Assembly: GCA_963783305.1 (NCBI GenBank)
Contig: CAWAMW010000002.1
Span: 544,001 to 608,000 of the forward strand
DNA from: an uncultured Gemmatimonadales bacterium
Lineage (GTDB): Bacteria; Gemmatimonadota; Gemmatimonadetes; Longimicrobiales; RSA9
Direction: 5' to 3'
Length of the DNA: 64,000 nucleotides
The notes beneath the pieces are model-generated. The model saw nothing but the letters and a program-made list of their open reading frames with translations, searched no databases and was not told where the DNA came from. Below, in pieces: positions 55,358 through 64,000 of the stretch (positions are counted from its first letter, which is position 1; the number at the start of each line of letters is the position of its first letter). Position numbers and translations under genes: made by a program.

Positions 55358-56647
55358 TCACTTGCGGACCGCCCCTCGGGCTTCCCCCTTCTTCAGGACG
55401 CGCTCCTTGAAGAACTTCCAGAAATTGCCATCGTAGGATCCGACCAGCAGGTCCTCAAAGCTCAGGACATAGCGGGCGAGCGCGAGGCTCGCCGCAACCA
55501 GCGCCACCACGACCAGCAGCGTCTCCCCGATATAGAGCCACTGGTACGTGCCCTGGAACGCCTCCCGGATCATCATGATCACGTTGGCCACCGGGATGGC
55601 CGCGAGCTGTGCGTCCAGCTCCAGATCCGGCTGGTTGACCAGCAAGGTCGGCAGGAGCGCCAGGTAGTAGACGGGCACGACCATGGCCTGACCGTCCTTG
55701 AAGGTCTGGGCGAACGTCGCCAGGACCATCATCAGCGCGGCGAAGAGCAGCGCCAGCCCAATGGCGCCGATCATCATGACCGGGATCGCGGGTGCGGGGA
55801 TCGTAAACTCGACGCTCGCCGCACCGCCCATGAGCGGGCCCAGCAGCGCACCGATGGTGACCAGCATGGCCATCACGTTCAGGAGCCCCGCGGCAATGCC
55901 GAACGTGGCCACGTACAGGTACTTCGCCACGAGCACGCTGGTTCGTGACGCGGAGACGGTCATGAGGGTCTCCCACGTGGAGCGCTCGCGCTCACCCGCC
56001 GTGGAATCGACCGCCGGATAGAAGCAGCCCAGGGCCACCATGATCACCAGCAGCAGCGGGATCACGAGCGACAGGATGAAGCCCCCCATCTCGCTCTCCG
56101 ACGCCACGTTCTCGCGCCCCACGTCGAACTGGACCAGCCGCTCAGGGCTGATGTCCAGCGCGGCCACCTCCCGCTCCAGCCACTCCGCCCGGTATTCGCT
56201 CACCACGCCCTCGACCCGTTCCCGCGCCCGCCTGCTCCGATCCTCCGACTGGTCATAGGTGACGCGGGCGAGGAAGTTGCCCGGCAGCGCGGAAGCGGTC
56301 TCCGGCGCCGGCTCGAAGGAGACGACCGCGTCCAGGTCGCCCGCCCGCACCGCCTCCTCCGCCGCCTCGACCGTAGCCGGCGGATCCGCGATCAGCTGGA
56401 CGCTCTTCATCACCACGAGCGAATCCCGGATCGCCGCGTGCCGCGACTCGAGTCCGTACAGCGCCACCCGGGACGTGGACCCCTCCGACATCCCCTGCAC
56501 CAGCGTCATCGCGCTCAACGCAGCCCACATGAGCACCGGGTACAGCAGGATCGGCATGAGGATGCTGTTCACGACGATGGCGCGCTCGCGCAGCGCGCTC
56601 CGCAGCTCATGCCGGTAGAGGAGCCAGATCTCTCGTCGGTTCATCAA
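55358..56647 (-). CDS. NatB-like ABC permease
   Basis: ELRSALRE, AGERERSTWETL, 6 TM. Confidence 0.9.
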   Translation of the reverse strand: MMNRREIWLLYRHELRSALRERAIVVNSILMPILLYPVLMWAALSAMTLVQGMSEGSTSRVALYGLESRHAAIRDSLVVMKSVQLIADPPATVEAAEEAVRAGDLDAVVSFEPAPETASALPGNFLARVTYDQSEDRSRRARERVEGVVSEYRAEWLEREVAALDISPERLVQFDVGRENVASESEMGGFILSLVIPLLLVIMVALGCFYPAVDSTAGERERSTWETLMTVSASRTSVLVAKYLYVATFGIAAGLLNVMAMLVTIGALLGPLMGGAASVEFTIPAPAIPVMMIGAIGLALLFAALMMVLATFAQTFKDGQAMVVPVYYLALLPTLLVNQPDLELDAQLAAIPVANVIMMIREAFQGTYQWLYIGETLLVVVALVAASLALARYVLSFEDLLVGSYDGNFWKFFKERVLKKGEARGAVRK

Positions 56648-56921
56648 CGGGGTTCGGTCTCGGGAATCAGAGGGACGCTCGGTGTGCGTACGCCGGCCGC
56701 AGCCAATGGCTTCAAAGCTCGGACCTGCAAGGGTTTGGGGCGCGCCAGCCTCAAGCTATGTGCCGCGGCTGGCGCCGGGCAACCGGCATGTCGCGAGCCC
56801 GGTCCGGGCTGTCGCGAGGCGCGTCGCAGCGGGGACGGCCGCTCCCGGACGCCGAAACTCCGGCGGCCGACATGACGTACGTCCCCCAGCGGCACGTCCA
56901 TCGATCAGCGGGGTGAGCAAC

Positions 56922-58022
56922 ATGAAACGCAGGGGCAAGATCATCATGGGCACGACCCTCGGGCTGGTGGTCCTGGGGGGCGCCACCGTCGTGGCCCGGG
57001 GCGACAGCGGGAGCGAGAGCATGGCCCGCAGCGTAGTGGTGGAGCGGGGCACGGTGGTGGCCAAGGCGCTGGCGGTGGGCACCGTGGAGCCGGAGATCGA
57101 GATCACGGTCAAGTCCAAGGTCTCGGGCGTGGTGGCGCGGGCGTTCGCCGAAGAGGGCGACTTCGTGAGCGCGGGGGATCCGCTGCTGGAGATCCGACCG
57201 GACCCGACTCCGCTGGAGCTGGTGGAGGCGCGCCGGGCGCTGGAGCTCCGGGGCATTGCGGTGGACAACCTGCGGAAGGAGCGGGACCGCATGCGCACGC
57301 TGGTGGCTCGTGACCTGGTCTCGCGCCAGGACCTGGACACAGCGGAGCGTGCGTTCCGCGAGGCCGACCTCCAGCTCACCACGGCGCGTGACCGCCTCCA
57401 GCTCCTGGAGACCGGCAAGGTAACGAGCTCCGATGGCGCGGTTCAGAGCGTCGTCCGCTCACCCATCACCGGCTACATCCTCCAGAAGATGGTGGAGGTG
57501 GGCGACCCGGTGACTCCGCTGTCGACGTATCAGGAGGGCACCGTTCTCATGACCATGGCGGACATGAACCGGCTCGTCTTCCGCGGCACGGTGGACGAGA
57601 TCGACGTGGGTCGGCTACGGGAGGGGATGCCCGTGAGCATCAGCGTGGGCGCACTCCCCGGACACACCGTGGACGGCTTCCTCGCCCGGATCTCGCTCAA
57701 GGCGCGCACGGAGGAGAGCGCGACCGTGTTCCCGGTGGAAATCGGGATCCAGGTGCCGGAAGAGATCCAGCTGAGAGCCGGCTTCAGCGCCAACGCCGAC
57801 ATCCTCATGGAGGAGCGACTGGACGTGCTGGTGGTCCCGGAGCGTGTGGTGACGTTCGAGGGCGACTCGGCGTGGGTCGAGGTGCCCGGCAGCGGTGAAA
57901 GCCGCGTCCGGCGCGCGATCCGTACGGGGCTCAGCGACGCCATCACCGTCGAGGTGCTGGACGGCCTCGAGGAGGGCGAGGTCGTGCTGGAGAAGCCGCT
58001 CAAGACCGTCGCCGACGGCTGA
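56922..58022 (+). CDS. Efflux periplasmic adaptor (MacA-like)
   Basis: VKSKVSG, coiled-coil hairpin, RSPITG, VDEIDV, LRAG, TGLSD. Confidence 0.9.
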   Translation: MKRRGKIIMGTTLGLVVLGGATVVARGDSGSESMARSVVVERGTVVAKALAVGTVEPEIEITVKSKVSGVVARAFAEEGDFVSAGDPLLEIRPDPTPLELVEARRALELRGIAVDNLRKERDRMRTLVARDLVSRQDLDTAERAFREADLQLTTARDRLQLLETGKVTSSDGAVQSVVRSPITGYILQKMVEVGDPVTPLSTYQEGTVLMTMADMNRLVFRGTVDEIDVGRLREGMPVSISVGALPGHTVDGFLARISLKARTEESATVFPVEIGIQVPEEIQLRAGFSANADILMEERLDVLVVPERVVTFEGDSAWVEVPGSGESRVRRAIRTGLSDAITVEVLDGLEEGEVVLEKPLKTVADG

Positions 58023-58040
58023 GGCCGGAGCATCACGCGC

Positions 58041-59279
58041 ATGAGACTCGGCTCCCTCCTCGCCCAGCTCCTGGACGACCTCCGACGGCAGCGCCTGCGG
58101 ACCGCGCTCACCGTCCTGGGGATCACCTGGGGCACCACCGCGGTCATCACCCTGCTCGCGTTCGGCACCGGATTCCAGCGCCAGATGGTGGTGAACGCCC
58201 GCGGCATGGGCGACGGCATCGTCCTGGTGCGTGGCAACCGCACCACGCTTCCCTTCCGCGGCTTCCCGGAACGCCGCCGGATCGGTCTGGTGGAAGAGGA
58301 TGCAGAGCTGCTGGCCCGGGAGGTCCCGGAGATCGACCTCATCACGCCGGAGTACGGGACGTGGGGGCGTCGGATCAGCCGGAACGACAAGCGGACGGAG
58401 ATCTTCATGACGGGCGTCCACCCCGAGTACGGGGAGCTGAGGAACGTGTTCGCCGCGGACGGCGGGCGGTTCCTCAACGAGCAGGACGTGGCCGATCAGC
58501 GCCGGGTGCTGGTGCTCGGGGACGAGGTGAAGGAGCTGCTCTTCGGCGATGACGAGGCGGTGGGCGGCGAAGTGTTCCTGGGTCGTACGCCGTTCACGGT
58601 GGTGGGTGTGATGGCGCCGAAGTCACAGAACTCCTCGTACAACGCGCGCGACAAGGACCGGGTCTTCATTCCCATCACCACCTACCGGGCGATGGAGGGG
58701 AGCCGCAACGTCAGCTACCTGCTCTACCGTCCGGTGGATCCCGAGCTTTCGGGCGCCGCCAACACGGGGATCCGTGAGGTCCTGGGCCGCAAGTACGCCT
58801 TCGACCCAGCCGATGAGGACGCCCTCTCGATCTGGGACACCAACGAGATGATGAAGATGTTCAAATACCTCTTCATCGGCTTCAACCTCTTCCTGGGCAT
58901 CGTGGGCAGCTTTACGCTGGTGGTGGGCGGTGTGGGGGTGGCCAACATCATGTTCGTCGTCGTGCAGGAGCGGACCCGTGAGATCGGCATCCGCCGGAGC
59001 GTGGGCGCCCGTCGTCGTGACGTGCTCGCGCAGGTCCTGCTCGAGGCCTTTCTCATCGTGGTGGCCGGCGCCGCCATCGGCTTCGTCATCTCCGTGGGGA
59101 TCACGAAGGTGATCGCCCTCCTGCCCATCGAGGAGTTCGTCGGTGTGCCCACCATCTCGGCCCCCGTCACGCTGCTCACCGCCGGGCTCCTGGCCGTGGT
59201 GGCCCTGGCCGCCGGACTCATGCCGGCGCGCAGGGCCGCCGCCCTCGACCCGGCCGACGCGCTCCGCTGGAGCACCTGA
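58041..59279 (+). CDS. MacB/FtsX-family ABC permease
   Basis: LRTALTVLGI, GRFLN, GGVGVANIM..ERTREIGIR, PARRAA.LDP. Confidence 0.92.
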   Translation: MRLGSLLAQLLDDLRRQRLRTALTVLGITWGTTAVITLLAFGTGFQRQMVVNARGMGDGIVLVRGNRTTLPFRGFPERRRIGLVEEDAELLAREVPEIDLITPEYGTWGRRISRNDKRTEIFMTGVHPEYGELRNVFAADGGRFLNEQDVADQRRVLVLGDEVKELLFGDDEAVGGEVFLGRTPFTVVGVMAPKSQNSSYNARDKDRVFIPITTYRAMEGSRNVSYLLYRPVDPELSGAANTGIREVLGRKYAFDPADEDALSIWDTNEMMKMFKYLFIGFNLFLGIVGSFTLVVGGVGVANIMFVVVQERTREIGIRRSVGARRRDVLAQVLLEAFLIVVAGAAIGFVISVGITKVIALLPIEEFVGVPTISAPVTLLTAGLLAVVALAAGLMPARRAAALDPADALRWST

Positions 59280-59290
59280 GGGGGCCGGCC

Positions 59291-60535
59291 ATGTTTCGAC
59301 TGCTCATTGGCGAGTTCTGGGCCGACCTGAAGGTCCAGCGCACGCGCGCGCTGCTGACGCTGTTCGCGGTGTTCTGGGGGACGCTCACCATCGTGCTCCT
59401 GCTGGCGTTCGGCGAGGGTCTGAAGCGGGCCGTGGTGGAAGCCATGGTGGGGGCGGGGTCACGCATGTTCATGGTCTATGGCGGCGAGACCACCGAGCCG
59501 TTCCAGGGGCTCCCCGGCGGGCGGCGGATCGGCCTCGTGGAGGCGGATCTCGACCTGATCATGCGGAGCATCCCGCAGGTGGATGGTGGAAGCGTCTCCT
59601 ACGGCCGTGGCGGCACGCTCCTCGAGTCCAACGCCATCACCACCACCACGATGATGGAGGGGGTGCACCCCGATTTCGCCGAGCTCCGGTCCATGTTCCC
59701 GGTGGCGGGCGGGCGATTCCTGAACCAGCGCGACCTGGACGAGCGACGCCGCGTCCTCTTCCTCGGCGACTCCATCGCCAGCCGACTCTTCCCTGCGGGT
59801 GACGCAGTGGGAGGGATCGTGCGGATCGACGGGCTGCCGTTCACGGTGGTGGGCACCATGGCAAAGAAGGCGCAGAGCGGCATGAACAATGGCCCCGACG
59901 CGGACCGCGCCATCATCCCCGCGAGCACCCTCCGCACCATGTACGGCCCCACCCGTGTAAGCCACCTGCTGGTCAGACCCCGGGACGTCACCGAGGCGGC
60001 GCTGGTGAAGCGCCGGCTCTACGAGGTGCTCGGCTCGCGCTACTCCTTCGATCCCGACGACACGCGCGCCCTCTGGATGTGGGATTTCGTCGAGGACGAG
60101 CGCATGACCCGCAATATCGGCGTGGGCATCCAGATCTTCCTGGGCGCCGTGGGCGCGCTGACGCTCATTGTGGCGGGCGTGGGCGTGGCGAACATCATGT
60201 ACGTCGTGGTCCGCGACCGCACCCGGGAGATCGGCGTCAAGCTGGCCGTGGGCGCGCGGCGCCGGCATATCATGGCGCAATTCGTCTTCGAGGCCGTGCT
60301 CGTGTGCATGGCGGGCGGGCTGGCGGGTCTCGGGCTGGGGGCTGGCATCGTGGCCGCGGTCGCCAGTCTCCCCGATGGCAACGAGGCCATGTTCTACATC
60401 GCCAACCCGACGCTCTCGTGGCCCATCACTCTGGCCACCGTCGGGATCCTCGTGGCGATCGGCGTCCTCGCCGGCGTGTTCCCCGCCCGGAAAGCCGCCT
60501 CCCTCGACCCGGTGGAGTCCCTCCGTTACGAGTAG
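59291..60535 (+). CDS. MacB/FtsX-family ABC permease, paralog
   Basis: GRFLN, GVGVANIM..RTREIGVK, PARKAASLDPVESLRYE. Confidence 0.92.
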   Translation: MFRLLIGEFWADLKVQRTRALLTLFAVFWGTLTIVLLLAFGEGLKRAVVEAMVGAGSRMFMVYGGETTEPFQGLPGGRRIGLVEADLDLIMRSIPQVDGGSVSYGRGGTLLESNAITTTTMMEGVHPDFAELRSMFPVAGGRFLNQRDLDERRRVLFLGDSIASRLFPAGDAVGGIVRIDGLPFTVVGTMAKKAQSGMNNGPDADRAIIPASTLRTMYGPTRVSHLLVRPRDVTEAALVKRRLYEVLGSRYSFDPDDTRALWMWDFVEDERMTRNIGVGIQIFLGAVGALTLIVAGVGVANIMYVVVRDRTREIGVKLAVGARRRHIMAQFVFEAVLVCMAGGLAGLGLGAGIVAAVASLPDGNEAMFYIANPTLSWPITLATVGILVAIGVLAGVFPARKAASLDPVESLRYE

Positions 60536-60657
60536 CCGCCCTCACGTTGCTTCTCCCGGACGGGCGCTGGCGGGCCGGTTCCTGCACCGCCACACTACAA
60601 CGTCTTCCGGACGGGAGGCGTCTCGCTAGGGCACAGGAACCGAAAACGGAGGAAGCA

Positions 60658-61968
60658 GTGCACGAGGAGATCGCGTCGCATCGGCGCCGGCCGGTGGCGG
60701 CGTTCAGCATGTTCATCATCGGCGTCATGGCGCTGGTGCCGGTGCTCGTCATGCCCGCGGCCGCCGCGGGGCAGGAGGGGGCGCGGGTGCGGGTCTTCCT
60801 CGATTGCCAGATCCACGGCTGCCCCGGGGAGGAGTTCCGGACGGAGATCCAGTTCGTGGACTGGGTTCGGGAACCGACGGCGGCGGACCTCCACGTCATC
60901 CTCACCGGCCAGGGCACCAGCGCCGGGACGGAGTACGTCTTCGACCTGATCGGCCGGAACGATTTCGCCGACCACCCGCTCACGGCCACGGTCAATGTGT
61001 CGGCGACGGCCACCCGGGACGAACGGCTGGGCAGACTGACACGGACGTTCAAGGCGGCACTGGTGGGATACGTGGTGAGACGCGGATATGCAGACCGGAT
61101 CGCCATCACGGACCGGGAGACGGTGGAGGCCGCTTCGCCCCGCCTCGGTCCTGCCCAGGACCCCTGGCACATGTGGGTGTTCACGGTCGGGGCGTCGGGG
61201 CGCGCGGAGGGGGAAGAGCGGCAGCGGGAATACGAGGTGGGGGCCCGGGTAAGCGCGAACCGCACCACGCCCGACTGGAAGATCGACCTCGGTCTGGACG
61301 GTGAATACGTGTACGAGGAGTTCGAGCTGAGCGACGGTACGTTCATCAACCGCGTGGATGAATGGGAGCTGGACGCGCTGGCCGTTCGCAGCATTACGCC
61401 GCACGTATCGGCCGGTGGCGAGATGGAGATCAACAAGTCCACGGAGATCAATCGTCAGCTGGGAGGGAGGGCAGCGGCGGCCGTCGAGTGGAACTACTTC
61501 CCGTACGAGGAAGCCAATCGGCGCCAGCTCCTCGTTCACTACCAGCTCGGCTACTCCCTGGTCCGGTACATCGACGAGACGGTCCTGGGCAAGCTGGAGG
61601 AGAGCCTGTTCGATCAGCGGATTGCCACCGCCTGGCAGACGCGGGAGCCGTGGGGAGATGGCGCCGTCTACGCCCGATTCTCGAACTACCTGCACGACTG
61701 GTCGCAGTACCGGCTTTCGCTGGGCGCGGATATGAGCATCCGGCTTCTCCCCGGGCTCGACCTGGACCTCAACGGCGATTACAACGTGATCCGCGACCAG
61801 ATCTACCTGTCGGCCGAGGAGCTCGATGACGAGGAGATCGTCGCCGGCGGTCGGCAGCTGCCCACCGGCTACGAATATTTCGTCCGTATCGGCCTCAGCT
61901 ACCGATTCGGGTCCATCTTCAACAACGTGGTGAACAACCGGTTCCCGTCCATCACGCGCCGGTTCTAG
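60658..61968 (+). CDS. Hypothetical outer-membrane beta-barrel protein
   Basis: GTG after GGAGG (alternative ATG 60709); signal peptide; VFLDC..C N-domain; amphipathic strands; [15 protein letters not shown]. Confidence 0.7.
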   Translation: MHEEIASHRRRPVAAFSMFIIGVMALVPVLVMPAAAAGQEGARVRVFLDCQIHGCPGEEFRTEIQFVDWVREPTAADLHVILTGQGTSAGTEYVFDLIGRNDFADHPLTATVNVSATATRDERLGRLTRTFKAALVGYVVRRGYADRIAITDRETVEAASPRLGPAQDPWHMWVFTVGASGRAEGEERQREYEVGARVSANRTTPDWKIDLGLDGEYVYEEFELSDGTFINRVDEWELDALAVRSITPHVSAGGEMEINKSTEINRQLGGRAAAAVEWNYFPYEEANRRQLLVHYQLGYSLVRYIDETVLGKLEESLFDQRIATAWQTREPWGDGAVYARFSNYLHDWSQYRLSLGADMSIRLLPGLDLDLNGDYNVIRDQIYLSAEELDDEEIVAGGRQLPTGYEYFVRIGLSYRFGSIFNNVVNNRFPSITRRF

Positions 61969-62308
61969 ACAGCATCGGGCCGAGGGGTCGCCCGCCCAGC
62001 AGGTGCATGTGGAGGTGGTAGACCTCCTGCCCGGCGTGATCGCGGGTGTTCACGATCAGTCGGAACCCGTCCGCCGCGATCCCCTCATCCTCGGCGATCC
62101 GCCGGGCCACCGTGAACAGGCGCCCGAGCGCGGCCTCGTGGCGCTCCTCCACGTCGGCCACCGTGGCGACCTCCTCGTTCGGGATGATCAGCACGTGCGT
62201 GGGCGCCTGCGCGTTGATGTCGCGGAACGCTGTCACGAGGTCGTCCTGATAAAGCACTTCGGCGTCGATCTCACCACGAACGATCCTGCCGAATATGGTG
62301 TCGGCCAT
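61952..62308 (-). CDS. HIT family nucleotide-binding protein (HinT-like)
   Basis: [26 protein letters not shown] after AGGAG. Confidence 0.93.
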   Translation of the reverse strand: MADTIFGRIVRGEIDAEVLYQDDLVTAFRDINAQAPTHVLIIPNEEVATVADVEERHEAALGRLFTVARRIAEDEGIAADGFRLIVNTRDHAGQEVYHLHMHLLGGRPLGPMLSRTGA

Positions 62309-62379
62309 GCGGGTACTCCTTCCGATTGAATGGCGGCCTCCCCGGCCATGGCCGGGTCGACCGGTGCAGGGTCTCCTGC

Positions 62380-63570
<1,191 letters not shown>

Positions 63571-63658
63571 TGTCGTCCAAGCTAGGGCGTAGCTCCGCAC
63601 TCCGCACACCGCCCCGACGCTTGCACCGCCCGCACCGCCCGGCCTACGTTCGCCACCC

Positions 63659-64000
63659 ATGGACTGGAGCGAATGGCGCGGCGAGTTCCCGATCCTCGCC
63701 CAAACGACCTATCTCAACTCCTGTTCCCTCGGCGCTCTCTCGCGCCGGGCGGAGCAGCGGCTGCGGGATTTCCGAAACGAGTGGCACCAGTACGGCGCCT
63801 CCGCCTGGTACGAGACCTGGATGGGACGGCTCGCCGAGCTGCGCGGGCGAGTGGCGGGGATGCTGGCGGCGGACGAGGCCGAGATCGCCCTCGGCGCGTC
63901 GGTCTCCGCGGCGCTCTCTGTCATCGCGTCCGCCATCGACCACCGTCCGCCCCGTCACCGTGTGGTCGTGGCCGAGCTGGACTTCCCCACGCTCGCGTAC
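63659..64000 (+). CDS. Aminotransferase class V / kynureninase-like PLP enzyme, 5' part (runs off window; not in ORF track)
   Basis: MDWSEWRGEFPILAQTTYLNSCSLGALS...VVVAELDFPTLAY. Confidence 0.8.
   Translation, partial: MDWSEWRGEFPILAQTTYLNSCSLGALSRRAEQRLRDFRNEWHQYGASAWYETWMGRLAELRGRVAGMLAADEAEIALGASVSAALSVIASAIDHRPPRHRVVVAELDFPTLAY

Overview
High-GC (roughly 70% by eye) bacterial chromosomal segment from a diderm organism. Gene content (GlnRS-YqeY fusion, bacilliredoxin, DUF4105, PEP-CTERM, many lipoproteins and beta-barrels) is compatible with Gemmatimonadota, which is an inference only. No rRNA, tRNA, CRISPR array, integrase or transposase was seen. Main blocks: (1) 89-2765, a compact operon of a DUF2231-like membrane protein, a Cyc2-type cytochrome-porin fusion and two exported c-type cytochromes, a candidate trans-envelope electron conduit; (2) serine hydrolase, STAND/BTAD regulator, Omp85-type barrel with a kinase-like N-terminal region, and a MITE-like element; (3) L,D-transpeptidase, bacilliredoxin, CSC-type P1B ATPase, cysE-cysK, glnS; (4) AbiEi/DUF559 gene beside tandem repeats, DUF4105, two CNNM/HlyC proteins, feoAB with a Fur-like box; (5) 28.1-46.5 kb, a Tad/Flp pilus locus with a sigma-54 two-component system and a PEP-CTERM gene upstream, a second flp gene with a broken start, and a translationally coupled 3' extension ending in a RecA/KaiC-ATPase-REC-degenerate GGDEF protein (BcsE-like architecture); (6) ABC-2/Nat-type and MacAB-type transporters, LLM oxidoreductase, beta-barrel, HIT, GT2 and a partial class V aminotransferase. 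The best candidates for undescribed systems are the Cyc2-cytochrome operon and the extended Tad locus. All product calls come from motif recognition by eye; no searches were run.
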